From Gemmatimonadota bacterium (GTDB lineage Bacteria; Gemmatimonadota; Gemmatimonadetes; Palauibacterales; Palauibacteraceae), in contig OY282356.1 in NCBI GenBank assembly GCA_958295535.1, positions 2,244,611 to 2,308,610 of the forward strand: a stretch of 64,000 nucleotides of DNA. Direction: 5' to 3'. Below the pieces are notes generated by a model. The model was given only the letters and a program-made list of their open reading frames with translations. It was not told where the DNA came from and did not search any database. Below are positions 20,188 through 30,064 of the stretch, piece by piece (within the stretch, counting starts at the first letter, position 1; every line of letters starts with the position of its first letter). Made by a program: the position numbers and the translations under genes.

Positions 20188-23100
20188 CTACTTCAGCCTG
20201 ATCCTGCCGAGGAGTCCTATGCTTCGTTCAGTGGACTGGACGCCGACGACGACCTGCTCGCCGAAGAGTTCCACGCTCACGCGCAGGCGCCGGGTCTGTC
20301 CTTCGCCGGGCTCGCCCAGCACGGTCCAGCGCGTCCCCGCGTTCAGGCGGTAGCCCGAGGCGCCCTGGCGACTCCAGCGGCCGAACGGGGTCACTTCGCC
20401 GCCTCCGGGTAGGCGGACGCCCCAGCCCACCTCCATCGCCACCCGGTCCGGCGTCCAACCGGGGGCGCCGCCTGCCGCCGAACCCCGCCCCATGGACTGC
20501 TGGCCGAGCCCGCCCTGCGCCTGCCACATGGTCTCGGCGCCACTGGCCGCATTGCCCCACGACGGCTCCACCGACAACGACGGGCCGCCCCGTTCGCGCC
20601 CGGGCTGCAGCCGCAGGGCGAGGCTCGCGCCCCAGTCGCGGAAGCCCTTCGCCTGGTGGGCCAGCAGCGTCCGGCCGCGGGCGTCCAAGCTGAGTCCGGT
20701 GGCTCGGTGCGTGAACCCGAGCTCGCCGCCGGCTTCCGCGCCGATGCCCGTCTCCGCGTCGCCGCCGTCGAACCGCCCGCCAAGCTCGAGACGCGTGCGC
20801 AGCAAAGCGCCTCCAACAGTCCACTGGCCGCCCACCTCCGACGCCAGCCGCACGCGCCGGGCGTTGGCCGTGACGCCGGGCAGCTCCGCCACATCCGCGG
20901 AGTTGATGCGCACCGAGAACGCATCGGCCTTCAGCGCCAAGGGGCCGACGAGCTCCTGGCGCACTCCCAACGCCCCCATGAGCATCCCCAGACCGGCGCT
21001 GAACCGCCCGCCGGCCACCTCTTCCAGATCGGCGCTGCCCCGGCCCGCGCCCACCAAGCCCCACAGCCCCAGGCCGGCCCGGGGCGACCAGTGCAGATAC
21101 GGATAGAGGCTGGTCAGGCGGGCGTCCACCGAGCCCGCCCCGTTGATCTCGCTCTCGAAGTCGGATTCCATCCCGCTGCGCGATCCGGCCAACCCGACCA
21201 GCAGGCCCGAGCCGAACCGGTAGTCCAGCCCCGCGTAGGCCGAGCGCGTCCGGCCCTCGATGCTGAACCCGTCGTCGGGGCCGCCCTTGAACTCGCCCGC
21301 GTTGGCCTGTCCCCACAGCGTCCATCCGGCGCGGGACCCGGCCTGCGGGGCGACGGCGCTAGAATCGCCGCCGTGCAAGCCGCCACCGCCGAACGACAGC
21401 TGGAAGGAGCTCTGCGACAGCAAGTTCCGGACGGACACCGGGTTGAGCTCGATCCCGCCCGGCTCGTCCTCCCTCTCCCCCTCTTCCCCGCCTTCCCGCT
21501 GGCCGCCGAACGCTACGCCGCCGCCGAACCCGCCACCGCCGAACCCGGCCATGCCGTCCGGATCGTTCAAGCCGTTGCCGAACAACAGCATCCCCGCGTC
21601 AATCGCCCTGCCAGCCCCGCCGCCCGAGCCGAGGAGAGGATTGGCGGGAATCGATAGCTGCACTCCCAGCAGGCCGGACGCGCCGCGCGCCAGCGCCGCC
21701 ACCCCGCACCCCTCGCCGCCGAACGCGCCGCAGCCCACGGAACGCCCGCCCACCTGCATGTGCGACCGGCCCAGCGCGCCGGACGACTCGATGCCCAGCC
21801 GCCCGCCGATAGCCTCGACCGTCTCCGTGCCCAGCGACCGGCCGAACGCAGCCAGCGACCGCTGCAGCGCCCGCGACCGCTCCGACCTCGACGCCTCGAC
21901 CGTCACCCGGACCCGTTGCACGGCCGTCAGCCCGGCCGGGTCCCGCGCCGTCACCGTCACCACCGCAGCCCCGATCTCCTTGGGCGCGATCGACAGCCGG
22001 CCCGTCTCCGACACCGACGACTCCGCCACGCCCGACACCGACGACTCCGCCACGTAGCTCAACGCGTCGCCATCCGGATCGCGGAAGTACGGCCCCAGAC
22101 CCTCTTCCGCCGCCGCGCCATACGCCTCCAACGCCTTCGGCGCGATCGCGCCCACCGGCTCCGGGCCCTCGTTCACGTTCAGAACCGTCACCGTAACGGT
22201 CGCCTCGTCGGTCAACCCGCCCGCATCCGCGACCCGCACCGTCAGCGCGTACTCAGGCGGCCCGTCCTCGTAGTTCTCTCCACTGCCCACGTAACGCACA
22301 TCGCCGCTCGCGGCGTCCACCTCGAAACGCCCGCCGCCGCCCGCCGCCAAGCTGTACGCCAGCGCGTCGCCCTCGTCCACATCCGTCGCCTTCACTTGCC
22401 CCAGGCCGCGCGGCCCCGGCGCATTCTCGGGCAACTCGAAAGCGTACGCAGAGTCGGCGAACACCGGCGCCTCGTTCACGTTCACCACCGCCACCGTCGC
22501 AGGCACGCGATCCGACAGCCCGGCCCGGTCGGCGACCACCACCTCGAACTCCCAGCCCGATGGACCCGCCTCCGCGTCCTCGCCACCGCCCACGTACCGC
22601 ACCGCGCCGCTCGCGGCGTCCACCTCGAAGCGCGACGCATCCTGGCCCGCCAAGCTGTACGCCAGCGTGTCCGACCGGTCAGAATCCGTCGCCTGCGCCA
22701 CGCCCAGGTCCACCGGGCCGGGCGCATTCTCCTCGATCTCGAACTCGTAGCTCCGCTCCGCGAACCGCGGCGCCTCGTTACGGTCCAGCAGCGCCACCGC
22801 CACCATTACCTCGGCCGCGATGCCGCCTAGGTCCGTCGCGCTCACCATAAGCTCCAGCTTTGCCGCGCCCGCCTCCGCGTCCTCGCCGCCGCCCACGTAC
22901 CGCACCTGCCCGCTCGCGGCATCCACCTCGAACCGCTCGCCGTCGCCCGCCGACAGCGCGTACGCCAACCGGTCGCCAGCGTCCGGATCCGCCGCCGACA
23001 CTTGCCCCAGGACCAGAGGTCCGGCCACGTTCTCCGCCAGCTCGAAAGCGTACGCAGAGTCGGCGAACGCCGGAGCCTCGTTCTCGTTCAACAGCGTCAC

Positions 23101-25329
23101 CGTCACCAGAACTCGCGAACTCAAGCCGGTCAGATCAGTCGCGCTCGCCTCCAACTCCCAGCTCCCAGCGCCGTCCGCCTCGAAGTCCTCGCCCACTCCT
23201 ACGTACCGCACCTCGCCCGTCGCCGACTCCACACTGAACAGCTCGGTGTCGCCAGACTCCATCCGGTACGTCACGGTGTCGCCCTCATCCGCGTCCGTAG
23301 CCTCCACAAAGCCCAGAGCCACAGGCCCTGCCAAGTTCTCCGGCAACCCGAACTCGTACGCCGGAGCGCCGAACTTCGGCTCCGCCCCGCCCAGCACCTT
23401 GTGGCTAGAGCTGTTATCGATAGCGCTCGCGCCCAACCCCAGCAGAGCATCGGCACTCCCGCCAGCCACATCGATCGTCCCGCCGTTCAGCGACAGAGCG
23501 GCCGCCCCGATGCCTAGCCCGTCCGTGTCAACGTCGCCCGTCACCACCGTGTACCGGAACACCAGCGACGCCGTGCCCGAACCCGAGGCGTAGGACGCCC
23601 GCCGGGTCTGCGAGCCGATCGTCAACCCCAGCTGCGGCGTCCCCGTCACGTCCACAGCCTTGTTGAACGTCACCGTGACTTCGATCGTCTCGCCACGAAC
23701 GAACGTGCCGCCCGCCGGTGGCGAACCGATGGCCACGCCCGCCACCCCAGGCGGACCCAGGCTGCTGTCCACGTAAACCGCGACTCCACCGCCAGGTATA
23801 GGCAGCACTAGGCTTGCCGCAAACGTCCCGTCGCGAGCGTCGTTGATCGACCCGCCGTTCAGCGTCAGCGCATTCCTCGCAACGGTGATACCGTGGACGG
23901 CGTTGTCGCCCACCTGCACCGTGTAGCGGAACAGTAGGGTAGTCGTCCCAGAGCCCGAGACGTAGTTCGCTTGGCGCGTCACCGAGCCGATCCCCAGTGC
24001 CACCTGAGGCGTCCCCGTCACCGTCACCGTGCGGGTGAATATCGCCGTAAACTCGATCTGCTGGCCCAGCTCATGCGTGCGGCTAAGAGAGACGCCTCGC
24101 GTAGGATAGAAGTTCATAACCGACGCCGCCGTGAACGTCCCGCCCGCCACCTTGTGGCCGGAGCTGTTCTCGATCGCGTTCGCGCCCAGACCCAGCAGTG
24201 CGTCCAACGCCCCGCCAGCCACCTTGATCGTCCCGCTGTTCAGCGTCAGCGCGGTAGCCCCGATGCTGATTCCGTCGTTGTCCGCATCCGCCTGCACCAC
24301 CGTGTACCGGAACGCCAGCGACGCCGTGCCCGTCCCCGAGGCGTAGGACGCCTGCCGCGTCGCCGAGCCGATCCCCAGCCCCAGCCGCGGCGTCCCCATC
24401 ACGTCCACAGCCTTGTTGAACGTCACCGTGACCTCTATCCGCTCGCCACGCTCGAACGTGTCGCCCACCACCGGCGAGTTCAGCGTTACGCCCGTCACCC
24501 CCGGCGGCCCCTGGCTGCCGTCCACCAAGTGGCTGGAGCTGTTCGTGATCGCGCTAGTACCCAGACCCAGGCTCGCCGCCGTCGTCCCGTCGCGAGCGTC
24601 GTTGATCGACCCGCTGTTCAGCCCCAGCGCACTCGCCGCGACGCTGATCCCGTCCGTGTCGGCGTCCGTCGCCACCACCGTGTACCCGAACGTCAGGCTG
24701 GCCGTCCCCGTGCCCGAGGCGTAGTTCGCTTGGCGCGTCGCCGTGCCGATCGTCAGTGCCAGCTGCGGCGTGCCGGTCACGGCCACGGGCCTGCTGAACG
24801 TCACCGTCACGCTAATCTGCTCGCCCAGCCCGTAGGTGTCGCCGCTCGCCGGGCTGCTCGCTATCGCCGTGCCGCTCACCACCGGCGCAGTCAACGCCGT
24901 GCCGTCCACCTTGTGGCCAGAGGCGTTGGTTATCACATTACCCTGTAGATTCAGACTGACCGTGCTTCCGAACGAGTTATAGACGTGCCCGGTCAACGCC
25001 CCTGTCGCGATGCTGATTCCGTCGGTGTCCACGTCTGCTGTCACCACCGTGTACCGGAACACCAGCGAGCTCGTCGCGGTATTCGCGGGCGTAATAGTGT
25101 TCGCTTGGCGCGTCGCCGAGCCGATCGTCAGCGCCAGACTCGGCGCGAAGTTGGAGCGCCGGTGCACGGTGCCGCCGAAACGCACCGTGACCTCGATGGT
25201 CTCGCCACGCTCGTACGTGGTGCCCACCCACGGCGTGCTGCTGATGGCCACGTTGTTGACAATCTGTGCCTTCGCGTCGCCCGCAACCGTCATGGCGAGC
25301 GCCAAGGCAACAGCTAAGCATCTACGCAT
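20188..25329 (-). CDS. Autotransporter-type adhesin: 5 Ig-like repeats + 4 cadherin-like domains + Ig-like domain + C-terminal beta-barrel
   Basis: ORF 20188..25419. A better start is ATG 25329, after GGAGGAG, giving the signal MRRCLAVALALAMTVAGDAKA/Q. Cadherin motifs (P/A/E)EN, DxD and N/DxNExP occur four times. A helical linker is followed by WTLWGQA...YAGLDYRF...LYPYLHW barrel strands. Confidence 0.88.
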   Translation of the reverse strand: MRRCLAVALALAMTVAGDAKAQIVNNVAISSTPWVGTTYERGETIEVTVRFGGTVHRRSNFAPSLALTIGSATRQANTITPANTATSSLVFRYTVVTADVDTDGISIATGALTGHVYNSFGSTVSLNLQGNVITNASGHKVDGTALTAPVVSGTAIASSPASGDTYGLGEQISVTVTFSRPVAVTGTPQLALTIGTATRQANYASGTGTASLTFGYTVVATDADTDGISVAASALGLNSGSINDARDGTTAASLGLGTSAITNSSSHLVDGSQGPPGVTGVTLNSPVVGDTFERGERIEVTVTFNKAVDVMGTPRLGLGIGSATRQASYASGTGTASLAFRYTVVQADADNDGISIGATALTLNSGTIKVAGGALDALLGLGANAIENSSGHKVAGGTFTAASVMNFYPTRGVSLSRTHELGQQIEFTAIFTRTVTVTGTPQVALGIGSVTRQANYVSGSGTTTLLFRYTVQVGDNAVHGITVARNALTLNGGSINDARDGTFAASLVLPIPGGGVAVYVDSSLGPPGVAGVAIGSPPAGGTFVRGETIEVTVTFNKAVDVTGTPQLGLTIGSQTRRASYASGSGTASLVFRYTVVTGDVDTDGLGIGAAALSLNGGTIDVAGGSADALLGLGASAIDNSSSHKVLGGAEPKFGAPAYEFGLPENLAGPVALGFVEATDADEGDTVTYRMESGDTELFSVESATGEVRYVGVGEDFEADGAGSWELEASATDLTGLSSRVLVTVTLLNENEAPAFADSAYAFELAENVAGPLVLGQVSAADPDAGDRLAYALSAGDGERFEVDAASGQVRYVGGGEDAEAGAAKLELMVSATDLGGIAAEVMVAVALLDRNEAPRFAERSYEFEIEENAPGPVDLGVAQATDSDRSDTLAYSLAGQDASRFEVDAASGAVRYVGGGEDAEAGPSGWEFEVVVADRAGLSDRVPATVAVVNVNEAPVFADSAYAFELPENAPGPRGLGQVKATDVDEGDALAYSLAAGGGGRFEVDAASGDVRYVGSGENYEDGPPEYALTVRVADAGGLTDEATVTVTVLNVNEGPEPVGAIAPKALEAYGAAAEEGLGPYFRDPDGDALSYVAESSVSGVAESSVSETGRLSIAPKEIGAAVVTVTARDPAGLTAVQRVRVTVEASRSERSRALQRSLAAFGRSLGTETVEAIGGRLGIESSGALGRSHMQVGGRSVGCGAFGGEGCGVAALARGASGLLGVQLSIPANPLLGSGGGAGRAIDAGMLLFGNGLNDPDGMAGFGGGGFGGGVAFGGQREGGEEGEREDEPGGIELNPVSVRNLLSQSSFQLSFGGGGLHGGDSSAVAPQAGSRAGWTLWGQANAGEFKGGPDDGFSIEGRTRSAYAGLDYRFGSGLLVGLAGSRSGMESDFESEINGAGSVDARLTSLYPYLHWSPRAGLGLWGLVGAGRGSADLEEVAGGRFSAGLGMLMGALGVRQELVGPLALKADAFSVRINSADVAELPGVTANARRVRLASEVGGQWTVGGALLRTRLELGGRFDGGDAETGIGAEAGGELGFTHRATGLSLDARGRTLLAHQAKGFRDWGASLALRLQPGRERGGPSLSVEPSWGNAASGAETMWQAQGGLGQQSMGRGSAAGGAPGWTPDRVAMEVGWGVRLPGGGEVTPFGRWSRQGASGYRLNAGTRWTVLGEPGEGQTRRLRVSVELFGEQVVVGVQSTERSIGLLGRIRLK

Positions 25330-25484
25330 CTCTTGTCTCCTCCGACCGTGAACACCAGCTTTGTTCTCGCCAGGATGTCCTCCAGCGGCAATGCGCGCAA
25401 CAGCAGCGGCGCCTCCCAAAATGCCTCATCCTGCACGCACAAGGCTACTCCAAGCGGTCGGGGTCAGCCAGAGGGATTGCCGGC

Positions 25485-25700
25485 TCATGGCTCCCGCGTG
25501 AAGAACAGCCCGTCGGGCAAGAAGGCGCTCCGCACGGCCTCGCGGTCTGCGGCCCCGACGCCTGCGCGGCACATCGCCCCCAGCCAGCGCGCCCGGACCG
25601 TCCGAACCACTTCGGCGAAGACCGCTTCCGCCTCCTCGCGGCTCATCATGAACCGTCCTGCGCCAGCCACCAAGTGGTTCTTCCTGGCTCGTACGGGTAG
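25485..25700 (-). pseudogene. C-terminal fragment of a HipA-family toxin
   Basis: NHLVAGAGRFMMSREEAEAVFAEVVRTVRARWLGAMCRAGVGAADREAVRSAFLPDGLFF resembles, from memory, the terminal helices of HipA-like kinases. No kinase core is present upstream. Confidence 0.55.
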
Positions 25701-25848
25701 ACGTGGACCGGGACTTCGCCTGCCGCGTCTCCGCCACTCTACAGGCCAAGGCGGGAGCGATCGCCGCTGCCACTCGCAATTGCCATCATCCGCTCTAGCG
25801 GGTACGGTTCGCAGCATTCGCTTTTCCCTGCCGGAAGATTAGGAAGAT

Positions 25849-27030
25849 GTGCCCGAGATAATGTGCTCGCGTTCGACCGCAGCCGGTGCCGAAGACCGTC
25901 CGACTGGTTCGGCGAAGTTGATCCCAACGCTCTCCGGGGCGTCTCTGCTGGCATTTTGCCTTGCCGCGTCGCCCCTTCATGCCCAGATCCCCGGCGATTT
26001 GGCGGCCGCTCCCGGCGATGTCCTCTACCAAGCATCGTGCGCCAACTGCCACGGGGCCGACGGACGCGGGGCCGACCCTGCTCTTCTCGCCTTCGAGGAA
26101 GATATCCCCGACTTCACCGACTGCGACTTCGCCGCGCGGGAGCCCGACGCAGACTGGATCGCCGTGGCCCACGAGGGAGGGCCAGTTCGGGGATTCAGCG
26201 AGATGATGCCCGCCTTCCGGGACGCGCTGACGCCGGAGCAGCTCCAGCTGGTCATGGACTACATACGGACGTTGTGCACCGATTCCGACTGGCCCCGAGG
26301 CGAACTCAACCTGCCCCGTCCGCTGGTCACGGGGAAGGCATACCCCGAGGACGAATGGGTCGTGGCGGCCGACCTCCCCGTCGAGGGAACGGGAGGGGAG
26401 ACGACGGCCGAGTTCATCTACGAGAAACGGTTCGGTCCGCGGAGCCAGTGGAGGATCGCGATTCCGTACCAGTGGGAGCGCGGAGAGGGCGGCGGCGACC
26501 GGTGGGGACGGCTGGGCGAGGTGGAGATCGGGGTCAAGCACGCCGTCTTCCACAGCTTCGAGTCCGGCTCTATCGTGTCGTTGTCGGGCGATCTGCACTT
26601 GCCGACGGGCTCCGGCCCGGCGGCGGAACCCGGCGGCGCTTCGATCGGGGGTTCCCTGCGCGTCGGTCAGCTGCTCGGGGAGGATTCGTTCCTGCAGGGA
26701 CAGACCGGTGCGCGACTGCCGCTGTACGAGGGAGGGCGCGCGCGAGTGTTCGGACGGATCGTCTGGGGGCGCAGCTTCGCCAGCGGGAAGTGGGGGCGCT
26801 CATGGACCCCGATGGTGGAAGTGATCGCGAACCGCGACTTGGGCTCGGACGGGGCCGAGACGAGCGCCGACGTGGTGCCCCAGATTCAGATCGCGTTGAA
26901 CACCCGCCAGCATGTGCTGGCCAACATCGGCTTGCTGGTCCCGGTAACGGCCCGGGAGGGACGCCAGGTCCGCCTGATCGCCTACGTGTTGCTGGACTGG
27001 TTCGACGGCGGCTTCTGGGAGGGATGGTAG
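25849..27030 (+). CDS. Monoheme c-type cytochrome fused to a putative outer-membrane beta-barrel
   Basis: Signal peptide (...LAASPLHA/Q), CANCH heme motif and distal MMPAF Met. The C-terminal ~250 aa are amphipathic strands (LGEVEIGVKH, VSLSGDLHLPTG, RLIAYVLLDWF) with an aromatic terminus. Confidence 0.8.
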   Translation: MPEIMCSRSTAAGAEDRPTGSAKLIPTLSGASLLAFCLAASPLHAQIPGDLAAAPGDVLYQASCANCHGADGRGADPALLAFEEDIPDFTDCDFAAREPDADWIAVAHEGGPVRGFSEMMPAFRDALTPEQLQLVMDYIRTLCTDSDWPRGELNLPRPLVTGKAYPEDEWVVAADLPVEGTGGETTAEFIYEKRFGPRSQWRIAIPYQWERGEGGGDRWGRLGEVEIGVKHAVFHSFESGSIVSLSGDLHLPTGSGPAAEPGGASIGGSLRVGQLLGEDSFLQGQTGARLPLYEGGRARVFGRIVWGRSFASGKWGRSWTPMVEVIANRDLGSDGAETSADVVPQIQIALNTRQHVLANIGLLVPVTAREGRQVRLIAYVLLDWFDGGFWEGW

Positions 27031-27037
27031 GCCGGCC

Positions 27038-28750
27038 GTGATGGCTCTTCGCCCGGACATCCGGTTCGGCGGCTCCGGCGTCGGCAGGCTCGGTACGCCG
27101 ACCCGCATTAGGGCGGACGCCCGTGTCCGCTTCTTCGGATTCGCGCTCCTCTGCGGCTGCGTCGCGGTTGCCGCGTCAGGCCGCTCCAATCCCGTTTCCG
27201 CCCAGGATGGGGAACCGTTCGCGACGGCCGACCGCTGCATCGCTTGTCATCAGGGCGTGACCGCCAGGGACGGGACGGGCGTGTCGATCGGCCACGACTG
27301 GCGCGCGTCCATGATGGCCAACAGCGCCCGCGACCCGTATTGGCAAGCCGCAGTTCGGCGCGAAGTCATGGACCACCCGGAAGCGGCGCGGGAGATCGAG
27401 GCCCAATGCTCGCGTTGCCACATGCCGATGGCCAACGCCGTCGCGGAGCACCAAGGCGGCATGGGCCAAGTCTTCGCCAACCTGCCCGCCGGAAGCGACG
27501 ACAGGATGGCCGCGCTGGCAGCCGACGGAGTGTCCTGCACCGTCTGCCATCGCGTGGCCGCCGCCAACTTGGGGACGGAAGACAGCTTCTCCGGCGGCTT
27601 CGACATCGATCTCGCGACGGCGTCCGATGGCAGTCCCGTCTTCGGTCCCTTCGAGCCCGACAGCGGCGGGGCCGGGATCATGCGCTCGGCCACGGGCTTT
27701 CGTCCCCAGGAAGGTGCGCACGTTCAGTCGGCCGGGTTGTGCGCGACGTGCCACACCCTCTTCTCCCACTCCGTCCGCGGCGGCGGCGAAGCGGGCCCCG
27801 AATTCCCCGAACAGGTCCCCTACGTGGAGTGGATGGCGAGCGATTTCGCCGGACAACGGAGCTGCCAGGACTGCCACATGCCCGAAGTGGAAGAGGAAGT
27901 GCCCGTGACCATGGTGCTGGGGCGGCCCCGGCCGGAGGTGTCGAGGCACGTCTTCCGGGGCGGCAACTTCTTCATGCTTCGGATGCTGGACCGCTACCGA
28001 GACGAGCTGGGGACGGCCGCGCTTCCCGCCGAGATGGAGCTGTCCGCTCTTCGCACCGAGGACCATCTGCGGAGCGCGACCGCAAGCGTGGCCGTGACCG
28101 GCGCCGAAGTACAGGCCGGCCCCCGCGGCAGGCGGCTGGCCTTCGAGTTGGAGGTGCGCAACCGCGCGGGGCACAAGTTCCCCACGGGCTACCCGTCGCG
28201 GAGGGCGTGGCTTCACGTTGTCGTGACCCGCGGCGGCGGACAGGTCGTCTTCGAGTCGGGCGCCTTGGCTGATGACGGCAGCATCGCCGGAGACGACCAC
28301 GACGAGAATGGCTCCGCCTACGAGCCCCACCACACCGAGATCCGGTCGGCGGCCCAAGTGCAGGTCTACCAGTCCGTGATGACCGACGGCGCGGGACAGG
28401 TCACGACCGGCTTGGCGTCGGCGGAGGCGTGGGCGAAGGACAACAGGCTGCTTCCGGAGGGCTTTGACGCGCGGGCGGCGGGCGAACGGGCCGCTGTCCG
28501 GGGCGCGGCAGACTCCGACGGCGACTTCGGCCCCGGCGGCGACAGGGTCCGCTATTCGATCGAGGTCGGGCGCCACGACGGGCCGTTCACCGTCACGGCG
28601 CGGCTCCGCTTCCAGCCGATCGGCTACCGCTGGGCCGAGAACCTGGCCGCCTACGACGCCTTCGAGACCCGCCGCTTCGTCCGCTATTACCGGGAGATGG
28701 CCGCCAGCTCGGCGCTCACGATCGCGGAGGCCGTCGCCGTCGCGAACTGA
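27038..28750 (+). CDS. Exported pentaheme cytochrome c
   Basis: Five CxxCH motifs: CIACH, CSRCH, CTVCH, CATCH, CQDCH. It has an N-terminal hydrophobic signal and the GHKFPTG..SRR.WL motif common in c554-like multiheme proteins. Confidence 0.88.
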   Translation: MMALRPDIRFGGSGVGRLGTPTRIRADARVRFFGFALLCGCVAVAASGRSNPVSAQDGEPFATADRCIACHQGVTARDGTGVSIGHDWRASMMANSARDPYWQAAVRREVMDHPEAAREIEAQCSRCHMPMANAVAEHQGGMGQVFANLPAGSDDRMAALAADGVSCTVCHRVAAANLGTEDSFSGGFDIDLATASDGSPVFGPFEPDSGGAGIMRSATGFRPQEGAHVQSAGLCATCHTLFSHSVRGGGEAGPEFPEQVPYVEWMASDFAGQRSCQDCHMPEVEEEVPVTMVLGRPRPEVSRHVFRGGNFFMLRMLDRYRDELGTAALPAEMELSALRTEDHLRSATASVAVTGAEVQAGPRGRRLAFELEVRNRAGHKFPTGYPSRRAWLHVVVTRGGGQVVFESGALADDGSIAGDDHDENGSAYEPHHTEIRSAAQVQVYQSVMTDGAGQVTTGLASAEAWAKDNRLLPEGFDARAAGERAAVRGAADSDGDFGPGGDRVRYSIEVGRHDGPFTVTARLRFQPIGYRWAENLAAYDAFETRRFVRYYREMAASSALTIAEAVAVAN

Positions 28751-28954
28751 CGCGCGGCGACTCGCCGCAAGGCGCGCCGTCAAAGCGGGTCAAGCCATGA
28801 TCCCAGGATATCGGTCGCGAGGCCACTCGGCCCTTTCGCCGTCGTACCGGGCGAGTTCGGACGGCAGAGACGAGGGCCTCATCTTCGCTTTGGAAGTCAG
28901 CAGCGGCATTCCCCGCAGCGCGCCGGCATCCCGGCTCCTGTCTCCTAACGCCCG

Positions 28955-30064
28955 TTAGCCGGGATAGCCCAACCTCTCCAGCCCCGGCCGACAGGCTTCC
29001 GCCAGCGCCTCCCGGTCGGCGGCATCCAGTCGTTCGAAGTTCGTCGGCGACCGCGGCGGGCGCGGCAGCCGGGACGCCCCGCGCACCCAACCATCGTCTT
29101 CGAGTTCCGGCGAGACGAACCGAATCAGCCGCCGCAGCTGCGGTTCCGGCGTCGCTTGCAAGTCCTCGAAAGCCACGTTCAGCAGCCTGTCCGGCGGAAG
29201 ATCGGCGAACAGCTCGTGCGCGTGCCCGATCATGCCGGCCCAGAAGGCGCCGAAGTCCGCAAGAGTCAACTTGTCGTAGGGCAGCTTGGCTGGATCCAAA
29301 AAGCGGGTGGCCAGAGGCTCCGACCAGAGAGTGATCCACTCGCCGAAACGGCCCCGCGACAACGAAGACATGATGTCGAATCCCCTCGAGCGGAGCGCGT
29401 GTATCGTGGCCAAGATCATGCGGAAGAGGTAGTGGCGGCTCATGGATATGGCCGTTTCCCGGCCGTCCCGGTACACATGCACGACTCGGGCATCGGGGAA
29501 CGCGCGGAGCAGCCGGGCGCCGAAGAGCATCGAACCACCGGATCTCTCGACCCATACGTCCGCTCCCAGCCGTCGGCAGAGCCACTCGAACAAGTCGCGG
29601 AAGTGGGCCGCGGGAGCTTGGCGGGGACGCCCGTGCACGACCGGCCCCAGCTCGTCGAAGAGCGCGTCGTGGGCGCGCGTCAGGTGAGGGAGAGCGCTGC
29701 ACAGGATCGGTGGCACATCGTCGCGGCGGTAGCGGGCGCCGGGGGCGCCGAAGGGATAGGCGAGTTCGCTGAAATCCTCTCGCAGCATGAGCTTGGTGCG
29801 CTTCCGCTGGTAGGCGTACCAGCCCCACATCTGCTCGCCCGTAGCTCTGCGCCGGCGCATCGCCCCCGTCCCCACGAAGGCGAAGAACTCGGACAGGCTC
29901 AGGACCCGGGGGTGCAGATTCAGCATGTTCGACACCATCGTCGAACCGCATCGCCCGGTGCTGAGCACGAACACCGGAGGAAGCCTCGGACTAGGCGAAG
30001 ATGTCTTGCGGTTTGGAAGAGCCCCCGGATGATCCGGTTGCGCCCGGAGGGCCGAAGCAGGCAC
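28955..30064 (-). CDS. PAPS-dependent sulfotransferase
   Basis: 5'-PSB loop VFVLSTGRCGSTMV and 3'-PB motif VHVYRDGRETAIS; also VAFEDL...P...LRRL..F. Start uncertain. Confidence 0.88.
   Translation of the reverse strand: MPASALRAQPDHPGALPNRKTSSPSPRLPPVFVLSTGRCGSTMVSNMLNLHPRVLSLSEFFAFVGTGAMRRRRATGEQMWGWYAYQRKRTKLMLREDFSELAYPFGAPGARYRRDDVPPILCSALPHLTRAHDALFDELGPVVHGRPRQAPAAHFRDLFEWLCRRLGADVWVERSGGSMLFGARLLRAFPDARVVHVYRDGRETAISMSRHYLFRMILATIHALRSRGFDIMSSLSRGRFGEWITLWSEPLATRFLDPAKLPYDKLTLADFGAFWAGMIGHAHELFADLPPDRLLNVAFEDLQATPEPQLRRLIRFVSPELEDDGWVRGASRLPRPPRSPTNFERLDAADREALAEACRPGLERLGYPG

Noticed and set aside
1-25329. Diversity-generating retroelement acting on the adhesin repeats
   Set aside because: No reverse transcriptase is present in the window, and differences between the units I compared are not adenine-specific.
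25849-27030. Calling the cytochrome-barrel fusion Cyc2
   Set aside because: It lacks the PxFAR motif before CxxCH and has a full class I-like heme domain with a shorter barrel region. It is analogous at best.
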